From contig OY729511.1 in assembly GCA_963422435.1 (NCBI GenBank), positions 3,850,105-3,914,104 on the forward strand: DNA of 64,000 bases, given 5' to 3'. The notes under the pieces were generated by a model. The model did not search any database, had not been told where the DNA came from, and saw only the letters and a program-made list of their open reading frames with translations. Shown in pieces: positions 9,623 through 17,946 of the stretch (its first letter is position 1; each line of letters opens with the position of its first letter). This DNA comes from Candidatus Binatia bacterium. Its GTDB lineage: Bacteria > Desulfobacterota > Binatia > Bin18. The position numbers and the translations under genes are program-made.

Positions 9623-11188
9623 ATGTCACTCATTACCTGGTCGTGGATCTTTCTCATCTTTTATATCGGCGGCATGTTGGCCATCGGCGTGTTTGCCGGG
9701 CGACGGGTCAAGCACGCTGACGACTTTGCCACCGCACGCGGCGCATACGGACCCTTATTTCTCGCGTTTGCCTTTGCCGCGACCACGGCCAGCGGCGCCA
9801 CCTTTCTCGGCAGCTCGGGCCTTGGCTACGAGTGGGGCCTGCCGACGATGTGGGGGTGCTTCCTGTACCCGACCGGGATGTATGTCGGCGTGTTGATCGC
9901 CATGCGCCTGGTTACCACCTCGGGCCATCGGTTCGGGAACCGCTCCATACCGGAGTACCTCGGGGACCGCTACCAATCCGAAGGCATCCGGATACTCATC
10001 TCGGTCTTTTCCTTAGTGCTATTTTTCTATCTGGCCGGGCAGTTGGTGTCCGGGCTGGTGATGTTCGAGATTATGCTGGGCCTGTCCCCCCTCTGGGCGC
10101 TGCTCATCACCACCACCGTGTTATTGATTTATGTCGTGCTCGGCGGCGCGCATGCCGACATCCTGACGGATGGGGTGCAGGGCTTCATGATGCTGCTGGT
10201 CGCGCTGATGGTGATCATCCTGTTTCTGACCGGATTTGGAGTAGACAGCGAAAGAGCGGGCCTGCCGGGCATTATCGACAGCCTGACCGAGCAGGACGCG
10301 TACCTGGTCGGCGTGCTGAATGCCGAGACCGCGCTGTATCATTCCTGGTGGTCCGTTGTGGCCATTTTTATTTCACACATACCCCTCGGCCTGCTGCCCC
10401 ATCTCGGGAACAAACTCTGGGCCTTAAAAAGCGTGAGCCAACAGCAATCGTTTATCAAACTGGCCTTCACGTTTGGGCTGACGCTGGGCATGCTCGGCTT
10501 GGGCGGTCTCCTGGCCCGCGCGATATTGGGCGATGCGCTTTATGCCGAGGGGGCGAACCCGAATCAGGCCCTGCCCCTCCTCTTCATCGAGCTGTTCCCA
10601 ACCTGGCTCGCCGCCCTCATTGGGGTGGGCGTGCTGGCGGCGATCATGTCCACCGCGGATGGGCTGGTCATCTCCTCATCCCAGGTGATTGCCAACGATC
10701 TCTACCGTCGGACCATCGTGCCTCGACTCAAGCATCCTCCGAATGCTGCGCAACTGGACCAGCGGATTTTAGCCATCAGTCGGGTGGCGACTGTTGTTGT
10801 TCTGGTACTGTGTACCGCCCTGGCCTGGGCTTTGGTCGAGACCAATATCGCCCTCATTGTCTGGATCGGGAACGGCGGCATGATGGCGGCCTTTGCCGGC
10901 CCCCTCGTGGTCGGTGCGCTCTGGCGCGGTGTCACCCGCACAGGCGCTTATGCCGGCCTGATCAGCGGTTTCGTCACCTTCCTCGTGCTGCACACCCAAA
11001 TGATTGATCCCGCCTGGTTCGCGCCCGGCCTGCTGCACACTGCCGCCTCCTGGCTGTACGCCGAGGGACCAAGCCCGTTCTCCTGTGCAACGATAGGGGA
11101 ACTCATGTCGGTCGCCTGTACCTATGTCGTATCCAAAGCAACCCAACCGCTGCCTGAGACGCACGTGCAGGCGTTGTTTGAGTCTTGA
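9623..11188 (+). CDS. Sodium:solute symporter (SSS) family transporter, paralog 1
   Basis: 521 aa with ~13 predicted TM helices. SSS-type N-terminus (HADDFATARGAYGPLFLAFAFAATTASGATFLGSSG). About 75% identical to the ORF at 14324-15901. Confidence 0.8.
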   Translation: MSLITWSWIFLIFYIGGMLAIGVFAGRRVKHADDFATARGAYGPLFLAFAFAATTASGATFLGSSGLGYEWGLPTMWGCFLYPTGMYVGVLIAMRLVTTSGHRFGNRSIPEYLGDRYQSEGIRILISVFSLVLFFYLAGQLVSGLVMFEIMLGLSPLWALLITTTVLLIYVVLGGAHADILTDGVQGFMMLLVALMVIILFLTGFGVDSERAGLPGIIDSLTEQDAYLVGVLNAETALYHSWWSVVAIFISHIPLGLLPHLGNKLWALKSVSQQQSFIKLAFTFGLTLGMLGLGGLLARAILGDALYAEGANPNQALPLLFIELFPTWLAALIGVGVLAAIMSTADGLVISSSQVIANDLYRRTIVPRLKHPPNAAQLDQRILAISRVATVVVLVLCTALAWALVETNIALIVWIGNGGMMAAFAGPLVVGALWRGVTRTGAYAGLISGFVTFLVLHTQMIDPAWFAPGLLHTAASWLYAEGPSPFSCATIGELMSVACTYVVSKATQPLPETHVQALFES

Positions 11189-11265
11189 ATAAGTTTCGAG
11201 GATAGATATGCAGGCCATCTGAACTGACACGGCATAAAAAGTTACAGAGGGAAAGCGGTAGTCAT

Positions 11266-11589
11266 ATGGCAAGTAGCATAAAAATAGGTCTTCAGATCGT
11301 CAGGGCTGTCCATCGCGCTCACAGACAGTTTCTCCGAGAGGCTGAGAGAAGACGTAAGGCTGAGAGAAGACGTAAGGCTGAGGAAAGGGAAGCCGCACGT
11401 CATCAACGAGAGTACGCGCGCTTGCTCAAACAGCAATCGCGTGAGAGAGCCGCTTACGAGCGAGCACAAGCGGTTGCAGGGAAGAATAGGTTTAAGCGGA
11501 GTCTAGAAAGCGCTCAAGCAGCTTTCGACATGAGATGTCGAGAGCGGAAAATCCTTCGTGACTCAATAGTCAATGCAGTTCTAAAATAG
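11266..11589 (+). CDS. Small Arg/Lys-rich predicted coiled-coil protein (107 aa), unknown function
   Basis: Low-GC ORF. Highly charged (ERRRKAERRRKAEEREAARHQRE), with an 18-bp tandem duplication at the nucleotide level. Stop lies 11 nt before the next gene start, so it is probably co-transcribed. Confidence 0.5.
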   Translation: MASSIKIGLQIVRAVHRAHRQFLREAERRRKAERRRKAEEREAARHQREYARLLKQQSRERAAYERAQAVAGKNRFKRSLESAQAAFDMRCRERKILRDSIVNAVLK

Positions 11590-11600
11590 AGTGGAGAACA

Positions 11601-13028
11601 ATGGATGCTCAGTATATTACGGGAACGCTGGGAGTCTTATCTTTTTCCATCATCACAACTTACTTCTTAGTTCGTAATAGATTTAAGAAGCAGATTGCAG
11701 CATACCGCTCCATCTCTGATGCGGTCGAGAAGACCACTCAGAAACTGACTCAAACTGAAACAGAGCTGACCGAAGCCCAGCAGGGACTTGAGACTGTTCG
11801 AGACGAAACGAAGGAGCTTCAAGACCTCAAGGAGAACGCTGGGCAACTTAAGGCTCAGTTGGAAGAGTCATCAAAGCAACTCGAAGAGATATCTGTCGAT
11901 ATTGAATCCAAAGAAGATAGACTGGACACCCTGGACGGGCAACTTCACCAATTAATGTCAAAAGTTGACCTCTATTCTAGAGTCGATGAATTTGTTGAGC
12001 ATGGCCTATTCGAAGAGCCAGAGTATCTATTTGAAACTACAGAGCGCTTCGCTGAAGAAATCAAACGAACCCGCGAGAAGCAAAAAGAATTGATCAAGAA
12101 TAAAGAAGCTGTCACTCTTCCTAGTTCCCTTACAGTTTCGTCAGATAAAAGGCAGGGCAAGAAAATACTTGAAGGTCAAGTCAAGCTCATGCTGACCACT
12201 TTTAATATTGAGTGTGATCTTCTTATCGGCAAGGTTAATCCTGGTAATTTTGCACGTGCTTTGGAGCGCATTGAGAAGCTGGCGGCTACGCTCGAAAAAT
12301 CTGCCGCTACTCTACATTGTGGGTTCAACATTGAATTTGTTCGACTAAAATTCGAGGAATGTAGGCAGCAGTATCAATACAAACTCAAGAAGCAGGAAGA
12401 ACAAGAGGAACAACGCCTGATTCGTGAGCAGATGCGCGAGGAACAAAAAGCGATCAAAGAATATGAGCGTGCATTGGCCCAGGCGGAAAAGGAGGAGCGG
12501 GTATACCGCGACATACTTGAGAGGGTCCGCAACGAACTTGAGCAGGCTACCGCAGGTGATCGCCTTCTCATAGAACAACGGATTGCTGACCTTGAGAGAC
12601 AACTTGCGGAAGCTGAGGCAAAAGAGGAGCGTGCCAAGAGCATGGCTGAACAGACGCGTCGTGGCCATGTCTATATAATAAGCAATCTAGGCTCATTCGG
12701 TGAAAACGTATACAAAATTGGCCTTACTCGCCGTCTAGAGCCTTTGGATCGTGTGAAAGAGCTTGGCGATGCAAGTGTACCCTTCTCATTTGACGTCCAT
12801 GCCCTAATCTACTCGGATGATGCCCCGGCACTTGAAAAGGCTTTGCATCGTAAGTTCGCTCATAACCGAGTTAACGTGGTGAACCTCCGTAAAGAGTTTT
12901 TTCGTACTGAGATTACCGCCATAAAAGAAGCAGTTGAAAAAATAACCAATGGAGAAGCTGACTTTAAGCTGACCGCGGTGGCAGAAGAATATTATGAATC
13001 CAGACGACTACAGAGAGTAGAGACGTAG
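11601..13028 (+). CDS. Membrane-anchored coiled-coil protein with C-terminal GIY-YIG-like (T5orf172/DUF4041-type) nuclease domain
   Basis: 475 aa. N-terminal TM helix (ITGTLGVLSFSIITTYFLV). Then ~330 aa of heptad-rich charged coiled coil. C-terminus: GHVYIISNLGSFGENVYKIGLTRRLEPLDRVKEL (GIY-x11-YIG spacing, with the Arg and Glu in the expected places). The gene's GC (~45%) is well below its surroundings. Confidence 0.6.
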   Translation: MDAQYITGTLGVLSFSIITTYFLVRNRFKKQIAAYRSISDAVEKTTQKLTQTETELTEAQQGLETVRDETKELQDLKENAGQLKAQLEESSKQLEEISVDIESKEDRLDTLDGQLHQLMSKVDLYSRVDEFVEHGLFEEPEYLFETTERFAEEIKRTREKQKELIKNKEAVTLPSSLTVSSDKRQGKKILEGQVKLMLTTFNIECDLLIGKVNPGNFARALERIEKLAATLEKSAATLHCGFNIEFVRLKFEECRQQYQYKLKKQEEQEEQRLIREQMREEQKAIKEYERALAQAEKEERVYRDILERVRNELEQATAGDRLLIEQRIADLERQLAEAEAKEERAKSMAEQTRRGHVYIISNLGSFGENVYKIGLTRRLEPLDRVKELGDASVPFSFDVHALIYSDDAPALEKALHRKFAHNRVNVVNLRKEFFRTEITAIKEAVEKITNGEADFKLTAVAEEYYESRRLQRVET

Positions 13029-13093
13029 AGTCAAAAAGAGGCTTTTCAGAGCTTCCTCCTACCTTCTGACCTTTCAGCAGGAGACTCAGTTAG

Positions 13094-13366
13094 GTGGACA
13101 CAGGTCTCGGTGCTGCACTGCACGAGAAAGGCAGCCGTATGAAAGATCAAAGCGTTGTCGTGCATAGCGATCCTGACATTCTCGGTGGAACTCCCGTCTT
13201 TATAGGGACACGAGTTCCGGTGAAAGCGCTATTGGATTACTTCGCTGGGGGACATACTCTGGATGACTTTCTTGATGATTTTCCTACGGTAACACGCGCT
13301 CAGGCAGTAGCAGTCTTGGAGCAGGAGGGACAGTTGCCGGCGGGTGTTCATGCGCGTTCTGCTTGA
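13094..13366 (+). CDS. DUF433-family antitoxin-like protein
   Basis: HSDPDILGGTPVFIGTRVPVKALLDYFAGGHTLDDFLDDFPTVTRAQAVAVLE matches the DUF433 pattern. Probably starts at the internal Met (13139). Overlaps the downstream DUF5615 ORF by 17 nt. Confidence 0.6.
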   Translation: MDTGLGAALHEKGSRMKDQSVVVHSDPDILGGTPVFIGTRVPVKALLDYFAGGHTLDDFLDDFPTVTRAQAVAVLEQEGQLPAGVHARSA

Positions 13367-13728
13367 TGAGTGCGTCCCCCGGAAGATTCGAGGCGAACTG
13401 CCGAGCCATGATGTCCAGACCGTAGCCGAGATGGGCTGGGGAGGCACAAAGAAATGGAGCCTTGCTCCGCCGAGCCACCTCGGAGTTCGGTGTCCTGCTG
13501 ACCGTAGATCAAGGAATCCCATATCAGCAGAATATCGGGGGTCTCTCTCTGGCTTTGGTCATCATCAAAGCGTCAAGCAATGACATCAATGACTTGCGAC
13601 CCAAGCTGTCTGAGGTGTTACGAGTACGGGAGACGATTCAGCCTGGCCAAGTGGTACAGGTTGCCTCACCACACGCTCTGGCCGTTCACATCCTTATATC
13701 ATCCAGACGGTTTCTTTCTGCGGCGTAA
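13350..13728 (+). pseudogene. DUF5615 (PIN-like) toxin partner of DUF433, disrupted by a +1 frameshift
   Basis: N-terminal half (MRVLLDECVPRKIRGELPSHDVQTVAEMGWGG) is in the frame of 13344/13350. C-terminal half (NGALLRRATSEFGVLLTVDQGIPYQQ...PGQVVQV) is in the frame of 13462. One extra A in aaagaaatgg (~13447) explains the shift. Confidence 0.55.
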
Positions 13729-13806
13729 ATAATAAGGCATTGCTGCCTGGTCAGCGAACCGTGTAGTAAGAATGAAATCACACGTCTGGCCAAAGGAGGG
13801 CTTAGT

Positions 13807-14241
13807 ATGGCCATGTCAGAACTGGAAGCGCGCATCATCAGGCTCGAAGACATCGAGGCGATAAAACAGCTCAAGGCTCGCTACTGCGAAATCTGCGACG
13901 ATATGCACAACCCCGACAGAGTCACGTCGGTCTTTGCTGAGGACGCCATCTGGGAAAGTCCAGATTTCGGCAAGGCTGAGGGCCATGAGGCGATTCGTGA
14001 ATTATTTCGCAAATTCCAAAATATGTTCAGCTTTTCCCAGCACAACATCACGAACCCCATCATCGAGGTCAACGGCGCTCGCGCCACCGGCATCTGGTAT
14101 ATCATGGGTCCGTGGACGTATGCCGAAAATGACGACGAGAAATGGCTGGCCCTGCGCTATGACGACGACTACGTGAAAGTCAACGGGGAGTGGAAGTATC
14201 AGCACTTACGGGTCGCCCTGCGGATGACGGCCGATCGATAA
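13807..14241 (+). CDS. NTF2-like / SnoaL-like domain protein
   Basis: 144 aa; LEDIEAIKQLKARYCEICDD...WESPDFG...KWLALRYDDDYVKVNGEWKY resembles the nuclear-transport-factor-2 fold family. Confidence 0.65.
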   Translation: MAMSELEARIIRLEDIEAIKQLKARYCEICDDMHNPDRVTSVFAEDAIWESPDFGKAEGHEAIRELFRKFQNMFSFSQHNITNPIIEVNGARATGIWYIMGPWTYAENDDEKWLALRYDDDYVKVNGEWKYQHLRVALRMTADR

Positions 14242-14323
14242 CACCAGCCCCTGCGCGCCGTGTGGCAAAGCGGGGTCCGTGGAATCCCCAGACTTCCCTT
14301 TGGACGTGTAAGGAAACCTGCCC

Positions 14324-15901
14324 ATGACACTTATTACTTGGTCGTGGTTCTTCCTCATCATCTATATCGGCGGCATGATAACCATCGGGGTTGTGGCCCA
14401 GCGGCGCGTTAAACATGCCGACGACTTTGCCACGGCGCGTGGCGCGTACGGACCGCTGTTTCTGGCCCTGGCATTTTCGGCGACCACTGTGAGCGGGGCA
14501 ACCTTCCTGGGCTTGCCGGGACTGAGCTACACTTGGGGGCTGACTACAATGTGGGGCGTCTTTCTGGGTCCTGCCGGCCTGTGTCTGGGCATGTTGCTCA
14601 CCATGCGTCTGATCACGAACTCCGGCCACCGGTTCGGCAACCGCTCCATCCCCGAGTACCTGGGCGACCGCTACCAGTCCGAAGGCATTCGGGTCCTGGT
14701 CTCGCTGTTTTCCCTGTTGTTGTGTTTTTATCTGGCCGGACAGCTCGTGTCGGGCTTGGTCATGTTCGAGATTCTGCTGGGTTTACCGCCGCTCTGGGCG
14801 CTGATCATCACCACAACTGTGTTGCTGATTTACGTGGTGCTGGGTGGAGCCCATGCCGATATTATTGCCGACGGAATCCAGGCCTGTCTGATGCTGCTGG
14901 TCGCCGTTGTGGTCGTCGTGCTCTTCCTCATCGGCTTTGGGCTGGATGTGGGCGAATCGGGGAGGAGCGGATTCTTGGGACTGGTCGATAATCTGGCCGC
15001 TCAGGACGAGCACCTGGTGAGTACACTCAACACGAAAACCCCGCTCTATCACTCCTGGTGGTCGATTGTCTCGCTGGTGATTTCGTTCATTCCGCTGGGT
15101 GTGCTGCCTCACCTGGGCAATAAGCTCTGGGCCTTAAAACACAGCATGTACCAGAACCGCTTTCTGACCCTCACGACCATATTTGTCATCACCTTGGCCA
15201 TGCTGACCTTGGGCGGCCTGCTGGCTCGGGCACTGCTGGGCGAGGCCCTGTTTGCCGAGGGCGCGACCTCGAATCACGCCCTGCCGACCCTCTTCATCGA
15301 GCTGTTTCCGACCTGGTTGGCGGCCCTGGTCGGTGTCGGCATCCTGGCCGCCATTATGTCCACCGCGGACGGACTCGTCGTGTCTTCCTCTCAGATTATC
15401 GCCAACGACCTCTACCGGCGGAGCATAGTCCCACGATTGAAGCATCCGCCAACCGAGGCGCAGCTCGACCGCCAAGTTCTATACATCAGCCGGGTGGCGA
15501 CCGTTGCCGTGCTGGTCATTTGCGCAGCGATAGCCTGGTCGTGGGTTGAAACCAACGTCATGCTGATTGTCTGGATTGGCACCGGCTGCGTCATGTCGGC
15601 CCTGGCCGGTTCCCTGGTATTCGGGGCCCTGTGGCGCGGGGTCACCCTGGCTGGGGCCTACGCCGGGCTGGTCAGCGGCTTTGTCAGCTTTCTGGTTCTG
15701 CACGCCCAACTGGTCGACCCGGCCTGGTTTGCCCCCGGCCTGCTGCACACAGTCGTCTCCTGGCTTTATATCGAGGGCGTCAATCCGTTCTCCTGCTCGG
15801 CCCTCGCCAGCCTCACCTCGGTCGTCTGCACCATCATCATCTCCAAAGTGACCCAGCCCCTGCCCGAGTCGCACGTCCAAGAGCTGTTCGAGGGGGTGTA
15901 A
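14324..15901 (+). CDS. Sodium:solute symporter (SSS) family transporter, paralog 2
   Basis: 525 aa; collinear with and ~75% identical to 9623-11188. Confidence 0.8.
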   Translation: MTLITWSWFFLIIYIGGMITIGVVAQRRVKHADDFATARGAYGPLFLALAFSATTVSGATFLGLPGLSYTWGLTTMWGVFLGPAGLCLGMLLTMRLITNSGHRFGNRSIPEYLGDRYQSEGIRVLVSLFSLLLCFYLAGQLVSGLVMFEILLGLPPLWALIITTTVLLIYVVLGGAHADIIADGIQACLMLLVAVVVVVLFLIGFGLDVGESGRSGFLGLVDNLAAQDEHLVSTLNTKTPLYHSWWSIVSLVISFIPLGVLPHLGNKLWALKHSMYQNRFLTLTTIFVITLAMLTLGGLLARALLGEALFAEGATSNHALPTLFIELFPTWLAALVGVGILAAIMSTADGLVVSSSQIIANDLYRRSIVPRLKHPPTEAQLDRQVLYISRVATVAVLVICAAIAWSWVETNVMLIVWIGTGCVMSALAGSLVFGALWRGVTLAGAYAGLVSGFVSFLVLHAQLVDPAWFAPGLLHTVVSWLYIEGVNPFSCSALASLTSVVCTIIISKVTQPLPESHVQELFEGV

Positions 15902-15986
15902 GCCTGAAAATGATAGGTTGCTCAGCCATACGCTCTATGCTGCTTCTAGCCGTCCATCCAAGCGTTCCGAGAAGGGCTACTTATGA

Positions 15987-16268
15987 CGAGTTTGCCGAAC
16001 AGTATCCCTCCCTATCACTGCACTGCGCCAGGACGCCACGACCGTGTGAAAGCAAGTCAGCCAGTCGGACGACCCGTTTGTCATCACCCAACGAGGACGA
16101 GCCGCGGCGGTGTTATTGAGTGCAGAAGCCTACCAGCGGGTCGAGTCTGAGCGGCAGATACCCAGGCTCCTGGCTCAGGGGAAAAAAGAAATTGCTGAAG
16201 GGCGTGGTATCGACTTGGACACGGTACTCGCCGAGGCCGATGTACTGCTTGAAACTGAAGACTTGTGA
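15987..16268 (+). pseudogene. Phd/YefM-family antitoxin remnant with an in-frame TGA and no in-frame start
   Basis: Frame reads ...TVSLPITALRQDATTV*KQVSQSDDPFVITQRGRAAAVLLSAEAYQRVESE...LETEDL*. This matches Phd/YefM throughout but is interrupted by TGA at 16047-16049. The only nearby ATG is in another frame. The stop overlaps the next ORF's GTG (GTGA). Confidence 0.55.
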
Positions 16269-16420
16269 CCGTTGGATTCACCCCGTCCGCTCGGGCGCAA
16301 TTCCTAGCTGCCATTACGTACATCCGTCGCGACAACCCAGGAGCGGCGAGACAGTTTCGCCAACGCGCCAAGCAGATTCTCCGTCGGCTTGGACAATTTC
16401 CAGAACGCAGCCCGGCTCGT
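16265..16420 (+). pseudogene. ParE/RelE-family toxin N-terminal fragment, 3' half lost
   Basis: MTVGFTPSARAQFLAAITYIRRDNPGAARQFRQRAKQILRRLGQFPE matches the ParE N-terminus. The similarity is lost where the convergent secreted-protein gene ends (16420). Confidence 0.5.
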
Positions 16421-16938
16421 CAGATGATGGGGGTATCCTCCACATCAGTCATCTCCATGTGTTGGGTGCTCTGGTTCCACTCAAATGTCGTGGTCTCCCC
16501 TGGACTAGGGAAACCCGAGAGCCGGCACGTGCCACTCGCCCCTTTCAAAAACGCCTCCCCTGTCGTCGTTACGGTGAGCCTGGCCTCCGCAAATAAGACG
16601 CCATTATCATAAGCCTTGGCGGTGTGGGGCCCATCGCCGAGTTCGCCCCAGTTCCAGATGGCGACAAAACCGTTGTCGGTATCTCCACACACCTCTTGGG
16701 TATCGGGCCGCTGACTGCCGTATAGCATGGGAACTGGATTCGGAATGCCCTCTGCAATGAGGGCCCCATCGTTGAATTCAACGGTGATGTCTCCCTCAGC
16801 GTCACATTTCCATCCGCTGATCACCCCAACACCCGATAATTTGGTCCCGTCGCTCGGCACACCAAGGGCAGACTGGGCATGAACCAGAGCCGGGACCAGA
16901 ACAATGAGTGTAGTAGAAATACAATGCAGAAAAGACAT
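16420..16938 (-). CDS. Secreted protein of unknown function (signal peptide)
   Basis: 172 aa; N-terminal MSFLHCISTTLIVLVPALVHA-QS signal peptide. AGGAGG SD upstream. Confidence 0.55.
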   Translation of the reverse strand: MSFLHCISTTLIVLVPALVHAQSALGVPSDGTKLSGVGVISGWKCDAEGDITVEFNDGALIAEGIPNPVPMLYGSQRPDTQEVCGDTDNGFVAIWNWGELGDGPHTAKAYDNGVLFAEARLTVTTTGEAFLKGASGTCRLSGFPSPGETTTFEWNQSTQHMEMTDVEDTPII

Positions 16939-17092
16939 CAGTACCTCCTAACTAAGAAAGAGTCCTTTTTTCTTTAGCTCTTCTATTTATCATTCCGTTT
17001 AGCTGCCTCTCATTTTTCCCGCCGTCGTTTCCACAAGAAGAGCAACCAGTACAAAAACCGATTCATAGTTCTCTCCCGCTGGGCTATTCCTA

Positions 17093-17791
17093 TTAACTGA
17101 TATACAGGGAGAAAGTCGAAAGCGCAGCAGAAGACGGGAGGGTAATTTCAATCTCAACAGTGTCGTCTTCTATGACAGGGGACCACACCGGAGGGTCGGG
17201 CGGCAGAGGACCGTTTACAGCAGTAGACTCCTCTGCCTGTGGGAGGGGACCGTACCCTAGCGGAGGGTCAGCAGGCAGCTCACGAGTCTGGGGAGTGAAA
17301 TCGTGCTCTGTCAGGGGAGCAAAGGTTTGGATGGGGCCAACCGGACTAGAGAAGCGCAGTTCTGCGCCTGCGGGCAAGATGGCAGACACGGCAATTCGTA
17401 GCGCCATCGCACCGGGTGAGGTCACGCTGGGCGCACTGAGCAGCGTCCCATCGCTCAGCGTGGTCCATTCCAGACGTGGCGCCATATCGTCACGATAGGC
17501 AGCGGGAATCTCCCGGCCAAAGCCGATTTGCAAAGGGAAGTCCTCTCTCTGCTCCCACTCCGCTTGCTCAGAGTTGGTGACCGCTGGCAACGTAATGCGG
17601 AGTAATTGGGGAATAGGTGTATCCTGTGTGAGCGACTGCGCTTGCTGCGGCAGATGAGTGTCGTCCTCCACTTCTGGGGGTCTGAATGCGCCGTCAATTC
17701 CTTGTGCCTCGCCGATAGCCGAAAAACTGAGAACCAGGATGAAAAAAAAGGGCAGAAAGAGAATATGTAGAGAAAACACTGATAACCTCAC
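17093..17791 (-). CDS. Secreted or membrane-anchored protein of unknown function (GTG start, signal peptide)
   Basis: 232 aa; hydrophobic leader LHILFLPFFFILVLSFSAIGEA. Pro-rich C-terminal region. GTG start 3 nt from the large palindrome. Confidence 0.5.
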   Translation of the reverse strand: MRLSVFSLHILFLPFFFILVLSFSAIGEAQGIDGAFRPPEVEDDTHLPQQAQSLTQDTPIPQLLRITLPAVTNSEQAEWEQREDFPLQIGFGREIPAAYRDDMAPRLEWTTLSDGTLLSAPSVTSPGAMALRIAVSAILPAGAELRFSSPVGPIQTFAPLTEHDFTPQTRELPADPPLGYGPLPQAEESTAVNGPLPPDPPVWSPVIEDDTVEIEITLPSSAALSTFSLYIS

Positions 17792-17793
17792 AG

Positions 17794-17838
17794 CATCCCT
17801 AAGATATAGTTTTAGCCACTAATTATATCTTAGGGATG
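17794..17838. promoter_or_regulatory. 15-bp perfect inverted repeat (CATCCCTAAGATATA / TATATCTTAGGGATG, 15-nt spacer); candidate operator or RBS-sequestering hairpin
   Basis: Seen directly in the sequence. Lies in the AT-rich divergent region between the secreted-protein gene (17791, minus) and the XRE regulator (17947, plus). An 11-nt direct repeat AGATATAGTTT occurs at 17802 and 17856. Confidence 0.6.
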
Positions 17839-17946
17839 TTTCCCTATCACCATCAGATATAGTTTGTCAAGTAAATACCACTGTGGGTCAATTCATCCGA
17901 CCTAGAAGCGTCTTCATACTGCCCTTGAACTGCGAGGCGGTTATGT

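Noticed and set aside
9832-11007. 391-aa ORF inside the first symporter gene
   Set aside because: Same strand, but out of frame with a 13-TM transporter translation. The product is R/P/G-rich low complexity.
16047-16049. In-frame TGA in the Phd-like gene as possible recoding (selenocysteine or an alternative genetic code)
   Set aside because: TGA terminates many well-supported genes in this window (for example 5568-5570 and 42628-42630), and no SECIS-like hairpin follows. A nonsense mutation or sequencing error is the simpler explanation.
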